Below are positions 19,128 to 29,739 of a stretch of 64,000 nt of DNA, piece by piece. The stretch lies in IMG/VR virus record IMGVR_UViG_3300022917_000009. One strand, written 5' to 3'. Both the position numbers and the translations under genes were made by a program. The notes under the pieces were generated by a model. The model ran no database searches. It saw nothing but the letters and a program-made list of their open reading frames with translations, and had not been told where the DNA came from. Source of the DNA: an uncultured virus (IMG/VR IMGVR_UViG_3300022917_000009). Lineage: Duplodnaviria > Heunggongvirae > Uroviricota > Caudoviricetes. How positions within the stretch are numbered: the first letter of the stretch is position 1; every line of letters starts with the position of its first letter.

Positions 19128-22100
19128 CTTCGTAGTACTCCATCCAGATTGGCCCAAACAAGATGTCGCTGTCCGGGGGGGCGATCCCGCTGAATTCGCA
19201 CGTGAATTCGTGCGACATTTCCTCGAACAGGTATCGCTCTACGTACCGAAGCTCTTGCAGGTTCGCCTGCGTCAGGTTCCCGGACAACGTGGAGGTCGTG
19301 ATGTCATAGCCCGGCTTACCGCGAGTGTACTTGATCCGATTGATGAAGGGCCAAGCAACAGTCGCCTCCGGGTTGCTCGCATCCGCGTCCACGTTCAGGT
19401 TCACGCCGCTGATCCAGTTGAAATTGATAGAAGGCTGGATTGACGGCATTTCGATCTTCCAAGGGCGCGCTCCGAAAACGAGCGTGTACGTCTCGCCCTC
19501 GGCAATTGTCCAAGTGTCCTGAGGCCGAAGCGCAAGTGACAAAGATGGGTCACGCTGCCATTCCGCTGTAATTTCCGTGTCCATGTCGGGGGCATCTGAA
19601 AAGTACCCTGAGATGATGCCGCCAAAGTAGTTTATGCTACCGCCAGATTCCACGTCGCCGACAAGCCCCCCGGAGCCGTCATCTGTAATCTGCATTTCCA
19701 CATCGCCGGAGGTGTATCGAACCACCAGCGACGCGGGCCGAACGGGAACCTTATCGCTGGGGAACTCGTAGCTGAAAATGGTTGTCGAGCCATCACCGAA
19801 ACCCAGAACTTGCTCCTGCGGATCGTCGGGGAGTTCGCTCGGATTAACCGTCGGGCAGATGATTTCTGCCCACTCGATCGTACTCGCATCGTTGAAGTCC
19901 GTCGGAATCTTGCAGACGAGAATCCCCGTCATCAAGAACTGGAGACCACGATAATTCGGAACCGGCATCTGGTCCGAGTAAAAGTAGATGCTCGGGAGAA
20001 ATTCATCGCCCTCCGCCGCGGGCACGAACTGTGTATCCGGAAAGTTGAGGAAGTACAGAGACTCCTGATCGGTGCGCCCCAACGTATAGCAAAATTCCGG
20101 GCTGTTTTCCCCCTCGATGCTGGACTTCCCGAAGATGAAGATGCGCCCATTGGAACCGTACGCCAACCGCGCCTCCCCTTCGACGGAAACCGCAGAGCAC
20201 GCCGCGTCAACCTCGCCTAGATTCTCCTGCCGCACCCATGATCGCCGGTCGGGATAGACGGCGATGCGCTGGGTGTTGAGCGGGCGAACATCCTGAAATT
20301 GAACAGTCGTGTCTGTGGGAAATCCGTCTTCATCGAGCGCAAAGAAATCACGCACCACGACCTGCCACCACTGGCGAGTGTGATAATCATTCTTGAGCGC
20401 CATGCGCGCGAACTGCACGCCCTGCGAGTAAAGCTGCCCGGGAGTCTGTACAATCTGCGTGCTCGAATGCTCTGCCTGCCGCCGGAAATACTCCCCAGTG
20501 ATTTGATCCGATACCGGGATGGGCTGCACAGTATCGAACTTGTACGCCTTCTCATCGGCGCCTTTGAAGTACAAGTCTCCCGCCGCATCGTTCGTCGTCC
20601 ACGGGGAAGCACAAGTATGGGAGGTGTTGCGAATCGTCGCTTGCACGTCGAGACCAACGTCGTACGCAGCGAACTGGCCGAACGTACGCGGGACGTAGAT
20701 TCCCCCGCTCGGGCTTTCAAGAACGACGATCTGCTCAGACTGGCAAATAGCCACGAGTCGCCCACGGCATCCGCCGAGAGCCATGATCGGCGAGCGGAGA
20801 GACGAGAGCTTCAAGACCGTATTGATGGAGTACGTGAAAAAGTTCGTCTTCAGGGAGCCGCCGAAGAACAGGGAGGTGCTGTCGGTAACGAGTTGAAACT
20901 CCCCCGTTCCACTCGCCCCATTCCACGGCTCCAGCAACCGGAACACGTTCGACGGAAAATAGGCCCGCGAAGGGTAGAACGAACCGGCCTCATTGTTGTT
21001 CTGCCCAAGGGGTTCGATGCGCCAGACAACGCCCGTTCCCGCCACCGTCGAGAGAGTCATCTCATGCGCGATCATCCACCGGTCGGCGATGTAAGCGGGG
21101 TTGCCGTTGGCGTAACTGAGGTTCACAATATCGCTGCCGCGCGAAACCGTGGCGTTCACAGTCTGGCGAAACTCCGCGCGAATGCCCGTCCCCGGTCCCG
21201 AATCGTCGGTGTAGGGCTTGCCTTGAAGGAGAGTCGGGACATCCCCCGAAGGGTTCTGAATGAGAGCGATCCCGTCCTGCACGACGATGGTGCCCGTAAT
21301 AAGCAACTGCCCCCCAAGAGGAATGTGAAGCGTGTTGGAGGAATTGTCGAGGACGGTCTCATACACTGTCGGGTCGCAGCGATAGAGCGCCACCTTGCAA
21401 CCGGTCAGTTCCGTGGGGTCGTCAAAGCCCTCGATACCGGGAAGCCACGTATTTCCCACGCGTCGAGCAAGGGCGATGAAATTCATGAACCCTCCGTTGC
21501 TGGAGGATATTCTGTTCGTGGTCAGGTAACTGACTCCGGCGCGGGCGATCCACGGCCCGTCGTTCACCGAGGAGAATCCGGGGAGGCCGTATCCAACGAG
21601 GTTTTGCGTGCCGCCGAAATCGACGGGCACCAAGTTCTTCATGCCGGGCAGGCAAAGGTTGTTGTAGAACACAATCTCCTGAGTCGGAATCAAGTCGGTG
21701 ATGTTGACATTCAGGATGGTCTGCGTCTCAGTCAGCCCAACCGTCTTGATGACACGCCACGTCCCGTTTAGTTGGTTCGAGGAAATTAGAATCTGAATCT
21801 TGTCGAAGCTCTCGAACTGCGCGTCGGCGGCGATCTGCTGGAGGTTATCAACGATGACCTGATTGTTCGTTAGGGTGATTGTGCGGTCGCTGAATCGCGC
21901 CGAGCGAACGGAGTTCGGCGACGCCTCCGAGGAGGTGATGTCGGAGGTCTCTACCTGCACGAGGAACGCGTCCACCGCGGCATCCAGCCATGAGCCGGAA
22001 CCCGTCTTGGACCAGCTTCGCCGCCAGATGGACTCCGTGTTCGGCGAGTCGTAGAGGGGGAACTTGATGGGATTTACAAACGCACTGTCGCGGAAGAAAT

Positions 22101-24525
22101 GGTGGAACATCGCGACAGGCGCGATTTCCGCCGCCTGCGTCTCCTTCGGCGGATACCCCCAATTGTACCACGTTACGCCACCCTCGACGACAAAGCGCCC
22201 ACTGAGACCGCACACAGCGAAATCCTGCGAGCGGAATCTCTGGGGCTGAGTGTTCTGGGGCACCACAGTTCCATTTGGAAGAGTCCGCAACCGAACGCCC
22301 GTGTTAGTGGAATACCAACTCTCCCCGTCATCGTAGGATCGGGCAATATTCCCGTACTCTCGACTCTGATTCTCGGAAGGGGCAAATTGAACGTAAATCT
22401 CCGGCTGATTCACCCCCGCATCCGCTGTGTGCAGAGGGCCGAAATCAACCTTTTTGATGTCTTGCCCAGTGACCACGTCCCCGGAGAAATTGAACTCGCC
22501 GGAAATAGTCAGACCATCATGAAGCGTGTCGCAGGTCACGCCCCCAGCGATTCCGGGAGTCGTGATGTTGAACCGTGCGAGACGAGGATACCAGTACGTA
22601 CTCCCCGAAGAGTAGTCGTCGTTCGTCCGGAACGAGACGTACACGTTGCCATCTGCGGGATTGAACCATCCCTTTCCGAGGCGCACGGAGGAGCCGCCAG
22701 AGGGCCAGATGGAGGGGGTGTCGGCGAAACTAAAGGATTCGATGGAGAACCCGGAAAGGTCTGAAGTGGCGTAACGGGAAAAATATCTCCCATGCTCGCT
22801 TTCGTTAACCGCTCCCCCGCTTGAAATCGCGTCCATCTCGGTGTCGGTGTCGTCGAGGACAAACCAGTCCGTTGGGAGAACCGTGGCGCGCGGACCGACC
22901 TGCACCGCGCCGAAGGTAACGCCCCCGTCCGTGGACTTGTAAAACCGATGGTAGCTCAGGCCGCTTCCCGCGTAGTAGAAGACGTACTGATCCGAAAAGT
23001 TTTCAGGCCGCACGATGTATTGCTCGGGAGTGAACGTCGCGTCCGCAGTCTTCACGTCGTTGCTGGTAATGGCTCCGGGAACCCCTACGTTTGCGTTCAT
23101 ATCGAAGTGATAGACGCGCGGCTTAAGCGTGGTGTCCTTCGCCGAATATGTGAGGAACGAAAAGGCTGTGTCCCCATCGGCGTCGTCCGTCGTGAACGCG
23201 AAATCAAAAACACGATACTCCTTCGCCTCTCCATCCAGAATCAGCGCGGCGACAATCTCCTTCATGCGCAACGATTCCCGTCGCGAATCGGGGGATGGAT
23301 CGGCGGGATCAATCGTGAATGCCGCGTCAAGAGGCTCCTTCGGACCCGTCGCCGTGGACCACCACACCTGATACGTGTAAGTCGTCGTCTGCACTTGCTG
23401 GACGTTCGACACATTCACGGAATCGGAAGATGTGTCAGCGGTTGCGTAGCTCTCCACCTTCGGTCCAGTGACGGATGCCACTCTCCCTGAATATCCGTGC
23501 ACAGCCACGACCGCCGAAGGCCCCTTGATCCACCGAGAATCCCGGGCGAACTGACTTTGAGGAGGGTTTTGCGCAGTATACGGTGATCCATCGCCGAAAC
23601 AAAGAACTCCTGAAGGAGGCTGCACAAACACCGCATCATGGCACTGTGCTCCCTGAATCTGCACAGCCCCGTTGCTGGCAAGATAGCTCTGCGCTGTTGC
23701 CGTATCCGCAGCGTCCGGGTCTCCGCCGAAGAAGGCGATCACGTATCGAGCGCCACTCAACTTTGCCCGCGTCGGAAACGTCACCGAAACGAGGTCGAAT
23801 CCAGAACGCCGTTCATCGCCCTGACTCCCCTCCTGAGTCCCGGGGATCGTGGCGATATTGATACTTATCTTCGTTCCGGCAACTGCGGACACCGGCTTGA
23901 ATTCTTGATCGGCGGTGTACAGCATGGCGGTAAATACGCCTACCTTGCTGCCCCCTTCCTTTATGAGGAACCTCGCGTAGAACGAGAATCCCTCAATGAA
24001 GATGTCGCCGCTTGAGGTCGCAAACATGGGGATATAGGCAGTGAGCCACCGGTTGTATACCGCGTTGTCTACGCCCTGCCCGTAAAGCGTAAGGAACTGA
24101 CTCGCCCCCCACTGCGAGCCGAAAATCCCACCGATGCGCCCTTCGCCCTCGTTAAGGTTTACCTGCTTGCCGGGATTGGGGAACTGCGGCGAGAAATCCG
24201 ACCACGCCTCGTCAGGCTGGCTTCGATACTTTCGAATCGCAAACCGACAGTCTCCCGTCATTAATCCGGGCGTCGAGGAAACACGGACCGACGGACGACG
24301 CCCCGGCGGCATCAACCCCGCAGTACTGATGACCGCATTCGTATTTATATTCTCCACGCGGAGCGGCTCGACATTCTGCGCGCCCGTCAGGTGGACGCCA
24401 TGAAACGAAACGCTCCATGGGAGAGAGCCCGTTCCCACGGGACGATTATCCAGAACCACGCCGTCAACCGGCGCAGGCTCGGAGGAGCCAAGTTGAAGAT
24501 CGGGGCGCGGAAATAGATTGCTCAT
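19114..24525 (-). CDS. very large tail protein (nozzle/tail tubular B-like with inserted domains)
   Basis: about 1800 aa; Asp-box motifs KSTDGGVTF and RSYDDGESW; position after adaptor genes; TAATG coupling. Confidence 0.55.
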   Translation of the reverse strand: MSNLFPRPDLQLGSSEPAPVDGVVLDNRPVGTGSLPWSVSFHGVHLTGAQNVEPLRVENINTNAVISTAGLMPPGRRPSVRVSSTPGLMTGDCRFAIRKYRSQPDEAWSDFSPQFPNPGKQVNLNEGEGRIGGIFGSQWGASQFLTLYGQGVDNAVYNRWLTAYIPMFATSSGDIFIEGFSFYARFLIKEGGSKVGVFTAMLYTADQEFKPVSAVAGTKISINIATIPGTQEGSQGDERRSGFDLVSVTFPTRAKLSGARYVIAFFGGDPDAADTATAQSYLASNGAVQIQGAQCHDAVFVQPPSGVLCFGDGSPYTAQNPPQSQFARDSRWIKGPSAVVAVHGYSGRVASVTGPKVESYATADTSSDSVNVSNVQQVQTTTYTYQVWWSTATGPKEPLDAAFTIDPADPSPDSRRESLRMKEIVAALILDGEAKEYRVFDFAFTTDDADGDTAFSFLTYSAKDTTLKPRVYHFDMNANVGVPGAITSNDVKTADATFTPEQYIVRPENFSDQYVFYYAGSGLSYHRFYKSTDGGVTFGAVQVGPRATVLPTDWFVLDDTDTEMDAISSGGAVNESEHGRYFSRYATSDLSGFSIESFSFADTPSIWPSGGSSVRLGKGWFNPADGNVYVSFRTNDDYSSGSTYWYPRLARFNITTPGIAGGVTCDTLHDGLTISGEFNFSGDVVTGQDIKKVDFGPLHTADAGVNQPEIYVQFAPSENQSREYGNIARSYDDGESWYSTNTGVRLRTLPNGTVVPQNTQPQRFRSQDFAVCGLSGRFVVEGGVTWYNWGYPPKETQAAEIAPVAMFHHFFRDSAFVNPIKFPLYDSPNTESIWRRSWSKTGSGSWLDAAVDAFLVQVETSDITSSEASPNSVRSARFSDRTITLTNNQVIVDNLQQIAADAQFESFDKIQILISSNQLNGTWRVIKTVGLTETQTILNVNITDLIPTQEIVFYNNLCLPGMKNLVPVDFGGTQNLVGYGLPGFSSVNDGPWIARAGVSYLTTNRISSSNGGFMNFIALARRVGNTWLPGIEGFDDPTELTGCKVALYRCDPTVYETVLDNSSNTLHIPLGGQLLITGTIVVQDGIALIQNPSGDVPTLLQGKPYTDDSGPGTGIRAEFRQTVNATVSRGSDIVNLSYANGNPAYIADRWMIAHEMTLSTVAGTGVVWRIEPLGQNNNEAGSFYPSRAYFPSNVFRLLEPWNGASGTGEFQLVTDSTSLFFGGSLKTNFFTYSINTVLKLSSLRSPIMALGGCRGRLVAICQSEQIVVLESPSGGIYVPRTFGQFAAYDVGLDVQATIRNTSHTCASPWTTNDAAGDLYFKGADEKAYKFDTVQPIPVSDQITGEYFRRQAEHSSTQIVQTPGQLYSQGVQFARMALKNDYHTRQWWQVVVRDFFALDEDGFPTDTTVQFQDVRPLNTQRIAVYPDRRSWVRQENLGEVDAACSAVSVEGEARLAYGSNGRIFIFGKSSIEGENSPEFCYTLGRTDQESLYFLNFPDTQFVPAAEGDEFLPSIYFYSDQMPVPNYRGLQFLMTGILVCKIPTDFNDASTIEWAEIICPTVNPSELPDDPQEQVLGFGDGSTTIFSYEFPSDKVPVRPASLVVRYTSGDVEMQITDDGSGGLVGDVESGGSINYFGGIISGYFSDAPDMDTEITAEWQRDPSLSLALRPQDTWTIAEGETYTLVFGARPWKIEMPSIQPSINFNWISGVNLNVDADASNPEATVAWPFINRIKYTRGKPGYDITTSTLSGNLTQANLQELRYVERYLFEEMSHEFTCEFSGIAPPDSDILFGPIWMEYYEDGNS

Positions 24526-25370
24526 TAGGTGTTGATCGTTTGGACAGCGGCAGAGGGAGCAACGCCGCATGGGCCGTAAAGGTCAATCAGGAGAACTTGC
24601 AAGTACCACGTAAACGGCGTGTTCCAGTCTATCCCCGCCCCACCATTAATATCGCCGCTCGGGATAACAAACCGGGTCTGCTGAGGGCCGCATGCAGCCC
24701 CTTCGGCGGGGACGTGCGCAAGACCGTAATAAATGTCAGGGTCTACTAGGGCTCCCTGCGGGTTCACATCTGGGCTTGTACTAATCACACAGTAAAAGTG
24801 GTGGCCGCCAATAGGGGTGTCGAAAACTATCAGGATGTCGGGCGGCTCTTGATCTATTAGTTCCTGTGCCCAGAACGGCGGAGAAGGGGGAATCGGGCAC
24901 TGACTGTCAAGGCCGCTGCTCCCCGTCTCCGAAAGAGGCACTGGCTGAGGCGCGCCGAGAACGATGGGAGCGCGACCACCCCATGTCTCCTGAGTCAGAC
25001 TGAGAATCTCCCCGCGGCGCCCTGCCTGCTCTCCGATCATGTTCGCGCCGTTGCCGTTGTTCACCCATGCGAGGAGATTGCCGAGACCCTCGACGTGGAC
25101 CATCACGAGAGACTTGGAATCGCGCGGTGAGTCGGTGAAGAACTTGGCGTCAGAATCCTGCTCACCGAGGGCGCCTTGCAGCGGGGCACGGCAAATTCCG
25201 CGAGGGGTAAGATTGTTCGAGCCACTAGCGTTGATGGCCTTGTTGCCAGCGTAATTTGGGCCGATGTCAAACCCATTGAGGGTTTTGAATACGCCCTTGG
25301 CGACACCCTGCACATTCTTGTCGCTGGCTTCCGTGGTGAAGGTGTCGAAGTTGATCCGGCGGAGGGGCAT
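24525..25370 (-). CDS. putative tail structural protein
   Basis: GGAG RBS before MPLRRINF; synteny. Confidence 0.5.
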   Translation of the reverse strand: MPLRRINFDTFTTEASDKNVQGVAKGVFKTLNGFDIGPNYAGNKAINASGSNNLTPRGICRAPLQGALGEQDSDAKFFTDSPRDSKSLVMVHVEGLGNLLAWVNNGNGANMIGEQAGRRGEILSLTQETWGGRAPIVLGAPQPVPLSETGSSGLDSQCPIPPSPPFWAQELIDQEPPDILIVFDTPIGGHHFYCVISTSPDVNPQGALVDPDIYYGLAHVPAEGAACGPQQTRFVIPSGDINGGAGIDWNTPFTWYLQVLLIDLYGPCGVAPSAAVQTINT

Positions 25371-25400
25371 TCGCAGTGGCTCCAGTGCGCTCGTGAGAGA

Positions 25401-25440
25401 CAAAAGCAAATCCCCTCTGGATGTCCAGAGAGGATTTGCT
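25401..25440 (-). terminator. intrinsic terminator
   Basis: AGCAAATCCTCTCTGGA/TCCAGAGGGGATTTGCT long stem then TTTG on minus strand. Confidence 0.65.
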
Positions 25441-25484
25441 CGCCGTGGGAGAGAGGGATCGGATACCGCGGATATTGACTCTGG

Positions 25485-26306
25485 TTAGTTGAAGAAAATC
25501 TGGGAGGTGGCAACGCCGGTTACGTTCACGACCACAGGCTTGTTTGTGGTGAAGCTCGTAAAGCAAATGTTACCGTACTGCTGAGCCCATGGGGGGACGG
25601 TGATGTACTGCGTTTCTCCGGCCATAATCTTCACGCCATCGTCTGCTGTCAGGTCAGGTCGGCATAGGAAGACTTTGTCGCCGGATGCGATTGTCGCCGA
25701 AGGGGCCGCGAGCCACTCCACAATGAACTGAGTCGCACTTGGAACTGCGGGACCGACGAAGTTCGTGACATTGGACTGGGGAGATGGAGCCTTCACGACG
25801 CCGCGGGCAATGACTGTCCACGAATTCGACGCGTCGCGAACTTCGATGACCATCCCGGCCTTGACTTTGGTCGTGCTGGCAACGTTGACCTTGGCAATAC
25901 GAGACCACGGTAGATACGACGACGCCGATGTAATCGCCCCAGTGCAGAGTGCGAGGGGTGTGTTGTTCTGGCTTGATTCGCCGCCGCTCTTGGCTGCTCG
26001 CATGCCTCCGGGAGTATTGTTCGACCATATGTTGTACACGATGCCAGACTGTGCGAGGTCGCCGGGAGTTGCAGCGGAAACGGGATCACACGAAATCTTG
26101 ATCGTGTTCCATCCCGCGAGGCTGACGCTCGTAAGGGTGTCGGCGGACGACACGGGGAGTGTAATCGGACCGTAGAAATAAGCGTTCGGCGAGTAGATCG
26201 TGGGCGACGGGTCGAAGCTCTGCGCGCTGGCCGACGGCACCGAACCGAAGAGAACGGCGATGGCAGCGAAGGCAGCGAAAAGGAAAGTGCCGATGGTGCG
26301 ATTCAT
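25485..26306 (-). CDS. signal-peptide-bearing beta-rich protein
   Basis: MNRTIGTFLFAAFAAIAVLFGSVPSASA-Q Sec signal; AAGGA RBS. Confidence 0.65.
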   Translation of the reverse strand: MNRTIGTFLFAAFAAIAVLFGSVPSASAQSFDPSPTIYSPNAYFYGPITLPVSSADTLTSVSLAGWNTIKISCDPVSAATPGDLAQSGIVYNIWSNNTPGGMRAAKSGGESSQNNTPLALCTGAITSASSYLPWSRIAKVNVASTTKVKAGMVIEVRDASNSWTVIARGVVKAPSPQSNVTNFVGPAVPSATQFIVEWLAAPSATIASGDKVFLCRPDLTADDGVKIMAGETQYITVPPWAQQYGNICFTSFTTNKPVVVNVTGVATSQIFFN

Positions 26307-26396
26307 TTGGGGATGTCCTTGAGGAGGAGAAGTCGAAGTGGCGCGTCTGCGCGTTGCGGTTGAATGTCAGAGTGCGCGGTTGCTAGTCAAGCCGCA

Positions 26397-27380
26397 TCAC
26401 CCAAAGTAGGTGAGTCCACCACTGCCGTAGCCGACAAGACCGCCACCGGAGTTCTTGCCCATGTCGTTACGGAACTTGTGCCCCATGGGCTTCCCGCTGG
26501 AGAGGTCAGGGGCCGCAAGCCACGCCTTGTACAGGTCCATCTGCTCCTTCACCGTCGGCCCAATCTCCGTGGCAATTTGACTCCGAGGGATGTAGCTGGC
26601 AGTGAGGTAGCCAAGAGCCGTGAGATACGAATCCGGGAACCATGGCATGATGCAGTAGTAGGAGGCGTTGGTGATCGGCACCGTGAACGGGGACGTGTCC
26701 GAACTGTCGATACCGCGGCACGTCGCCACCGTCCCCGACATGGAGTAGATGCGCGCGAACTGCCCGGCGCCCGGCCCCTCGTAGATGTAGACTTTGGCAT
26801 CCACGTAGCGATCCGCGGGGCGCTCAAATATCCCCGCCGTCGGCGCCGTGTTCAGATACAAAACGCTGTTGCTGGATGTCTGCCCGGAACCCGTCAGACC
26901 GTAGTGCATCGCGGGCTGAACCTTGGCGTACCAGATGCGATAAAACATTCGCCCCGGGTTGCCGCCTGCGGGCCACGGATACTGGAGAACGAACAGGCGG
27001 TTCCCGCGAAGGTCGTAGCGGAACCCATTCTCGTTGGGAGAAATCGTCACCCCGCCGAAGCGATATGTCTTCGCAACGGTAAGCTCTTCGCTCGTGGGGG
27101 TTTCGAACTGCCCGTAGGTCATGCACACGAACCGCGACTGGTTGACAGGGAGCATGCTGTCGAGTTCGCCCGTGTCGGTGTCGATGATGTTCGTGTTCCG
27201 GTAGGTAACGGTTTCCGTCCGGTACGACTTGTCGGCGAGGTTGCACATGTGCATGTACGCCGTGTTGTACAGCGTCATCAGCCGTTGCGGCGATAGAGGA
27301 GAACTCGCCTGCTGCGAAAGACCCTCGCCGACGATGGTCGGAATGAAGGTGGCGACGGCGTACTGCGGGTGCATGAACAT
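26397..27380 (-). CDS. head-tail adaptor / tail tubular A-like protein
   Basis: synteny after capsid; helical N- and C-ends with beta insert. Confidence 0.5.
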   Translation of the reverse strand: MFMHPQYAVATFIPTIVGEGLSQQASSPLSPQRLMTLYNTAYMHMCNLADKSYRTETVTYRNTNIIDTDTGELDSMLPVNQSRFVCMTYGQFETPTSEELTVAKTYRFGGVTISPNENGFRYDLRGNRLFVLQYPWPAGGNPGRMFYRIWYAKVQPAMHYGLTGSGQTSSNSVLYLNTAPTAGIFERPADRYVDAKVYIYEGPGAGQFARIYSMSGTVATCRGIDSSDTSPFTVPITNASYYCIMPWFPDSYLTALGYLTASYIPRSQIATEIGPTVKEQMDLYKAWLAAPDLSSGKPMGHKFRNDMGKNSGGGLVGYGSGGLTYFG

Positions 27381-27402
27381 GGGCCGAACTCCTTAGCAGG
27401 CG

Positions 27403-28107
27403 TTATCGCTGATGCTTCTTGTTCTTGTGGTACGGAACCGGGATGGGTGCAGCCGCCCCTGACTCCTTGGCGGGCTCCGGTTCTGGTTCTTGCGCGGGCA
27501 CCGCCTCAACAGGCGCCACTTCTGCCGCGGGCACAAACGAACCATCCGGGCGCATGATTTTCGCCGGGACTGCGATGCGCGTGCTTTCGCCGAGGGCATG
27601 AACGGTCTCGCGTCGAACCGGATCGCTTGGGTCTCGGGTAAGAATCGTTTTCGATTCCACCTTGTAGTCATCCCACGCCTTATCCTTGCGCTGCTTCTTG
27701 ATCGACTCGTTCTGCCCCTCCGTCTTTTCGAGGAGCTTGATGCGGTCGCGGTCGGAGAGCGTCGCCCAGTGGACATTTTCATTCCACTTCTCTGCGACGT
27801 TGTAGGCAGAGATTGCGATGGGCTCTCCCTGCTCGTCATGCAGGCGAAGAGCTTTGCCGCAGCGAGTTCCGTTCTTCTCCTTGATCCAGAGTTCCCAGTA
27901 GCGCCGTCCGCGAGTGTTGTATGTCGGGCAGTCGGCGGGGCACAGGCACCAGAAGAGTTCGAAGTTCCACGCGTCGCGGCGATTCGCGTACTGCGCCGAG
28001 AGCATCTCCTCCAACTGATCGGAAATCTCGCTGTAGTCTTTGCGCTCGGCGGCGGTGCGAATCCAGTCCCACCGGGAGAAGGGGCGTTCTGTGAGTATGA
28101 TGTTCAT
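27403..28107 (-). CDS. hypothetical protein
   Basis: GAGGA RBS; downstream of capsid terminator. Confidence 0.6.
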   Translation of the reverse strand: MNIILTERPFSRWDWIRTAAERKDYSEISDQLEEMLSAQYANRRDAWNFELFWCLCPADCPTYNTRGRRYWELWIKEKNGTRCGKALRLHDEQGEPIAISAYNVAEKWNENVHWATLSDRDRIKLLEKTEGQNESIKKQRKDKAWDDYKVESKTILTRDPSDPVRRETVHALGESTRIAVPAKIMRPDGSFVPAAEVAPVEAVPAQEPEPEPAKESGAAAPIPVPYHKNKKHQR

Positions 28108-28173
28108 TTGGTTGGTGTCCTCTTGGCGTCAGTTACGGGCGCCGAAGCGTTGGAGTCAAGCACGGCGAGGGTG

Positions 28174-28212
28174 AAAGAAAAACCCGGTGCCGGACGCGAA
28201 TCCGACACCGGG
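28174..28212 (-). terminator. terminator after major capsid gene
   Basis: CCCGGTGTCGGA..TCCGGCACCGGG followed by TTTTTCTTT. Confidence 0.75.
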
Positions 28213-28249
28213 AGGAGGGGAGGACCAACACATAAAGACTGCGCTTCAA

Positions 28250-29698
28250 TTACGACGGGTTCGACGTGTGCGTGAGCGGCAGGCCGATGTTGCCGTTGCC
28301 GTACAGGTAGCCGATGCGGTCGCGCTGGAGAGGCACGGCGAGCATTGCCATGTTGCGGGGCAGCACGTAGTTGAGGCTTCCGCCCGTGACCGGGATGAAG
28401 TCGCCCATGTTCCGGTACTGAAGCGGGGGGCCGAACTCCTTCACGATACCGACGCCGACGAAGCCCATGTTCAGGAGGTACATTTCGCTGAGGTCACAGG
28501 TGAAGTCGCCGCGGAGCGGGATGCCTTGGAACGCCTCGTACTTCAACTGATCCTCGACGATGCTGTCGAACTTCACGGGGACGCCGAACGTGTTCAGGTT
28601 CACGCGGTCCTTGTAGTTCAACTGAAGCTGGCGAATCGTGCGGGGGTGCGTCACGAACGCCGCGCGGTACAGGGGGATGCCCTGATCGTCGGTATACATG
28701 GACGCCTCGTTGGAGAACCCGCCACCGGTGACGCCGGAAGAGGAACCGTGATCTTCCATGTTCGCGAGAAACGTGAACATGTCGTCAGGGTTGATCTTCG
28801 CGTCTTCGATGGAGTAGCGAACCGGGCGGTAGTACTCGGCGGAGACGGCGACATTTCCGCCTTCGGGAGCGCGGGGGTGCGCTGCATCCTTCACCCACTC
28901 CTGCCAGCCGTTCGGCGCCGTGTTACCGGTGTTGGCCGACCATGCACGCCCACCGTAGTAGTTGCAGTTGAAACTGGCAGAAATCGTGCCGGAGGAAACG
29001 AAGTCGGGGAACTTCACCGAAATGGTGCCGGGACCGGACTTGCTATCCTTGCCGTACACGATTCCCTTGCCGAGATTCGGGACGACCGTGTTGCCGTTGG
29101 CGAACTCGTACTCGCCGCCCACCTGCCAGCGGTCGAGGTTGTTCACTTCGATTTCGAAACTCGTCGTCGCGTCGGTGATCGAAACCCCGGCGAAGTCGGA
29201 GGCCACGGTGTCGATGTTGTAATTGTAGCCCGTCGTCGAGAACGTGGAGCCCGCCATGATGGCGAATGCTTCGATGACGCCCTGCGCCTTGTCGGTCAGC
29301 CAGTTGATGTACTGCTCCGGGGCGAACTGCGTCTGGGCGCCGATGGCCTGCGCTTCGTTGGTCTGAGCGTTCGCGAAGAAGAAGAACGGCGAGACCTGAA
29401 GCGGATCGAGCGTCGGCGAGAAGGAGCCTGCGTCGGCGATGCTGTTGCTGGAATTCGGGAGTGTACCGGACGCGCCGATGCCGTTCTTCAGCTTCATCTG
29501 GACGGCGTAACCGCCACCGGGAAGAGGCTTGAAGGGGCCAACGCCGTCGAGTTCGCGCTCGTACTTCAAGGCGCCGTAGCCGCGTCCCAAGGTCATCTCG
29601 GCCTTGGGATACTGGCGACGGGTAAAATCGTAAGCGACTGTCTGATTGAGCTTCAGCCACTCAAAGGATGCGTAGTTCGAGAAACTCGGTTGCGCCAT
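28250..29698 (-). CDS. major capsid protein
   Basis: 482 aa after portal and scaffold, strongly biased codon usage, followed by terminator. Confidence 0.7.
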   Translation of the reverse strand: MAQPSFSNYASFEWLKLNQTVAYDFTRRQYPKAEMTLGRGYGALKYERELDGVGPFKPLPGGGYAVQMKLKNGIGASGTLPNSSNSIADAGSFSPTLDPLQVSPFFFFANAQTNEAQAIGAQTQFAPEQYINWLTDKAQGVIEAFAIMAGSTFSTTGYNYNIDTVASDFAGVSITDATTSFEIEVNNLDRWQVGGEYEFANGNTVVPNLGKGIVYGKDSKSGPGTISVKFPDFVSSGTISASFNCNYYGGRAWSANTGNTAPNGWQEWVKDAAHPRAPEGGNVAVSAEYYRPVRYSIEDAKINPDDMFTFLANMEDHGSSSGVTGGGFSNEASMYTDDQGIPLYRAAFVTHPRTIRQLQLNYKDRVNLNTFGVPVKFDSIVEDQLKYEAFQGIPLRGDFTCDLSEMYLLNMGFVGVGIVKEFGPPLQYRNMGDFIPVTGGSLNYVLPRNMAMLAVPLQRDRIGYLYGNGNIGLPLTHTSNPS

Positions 29699-29739
29699 TT
29701 GAATTCACCGTACCGGTGGAAGTCCGTTGGCCGATGTCA

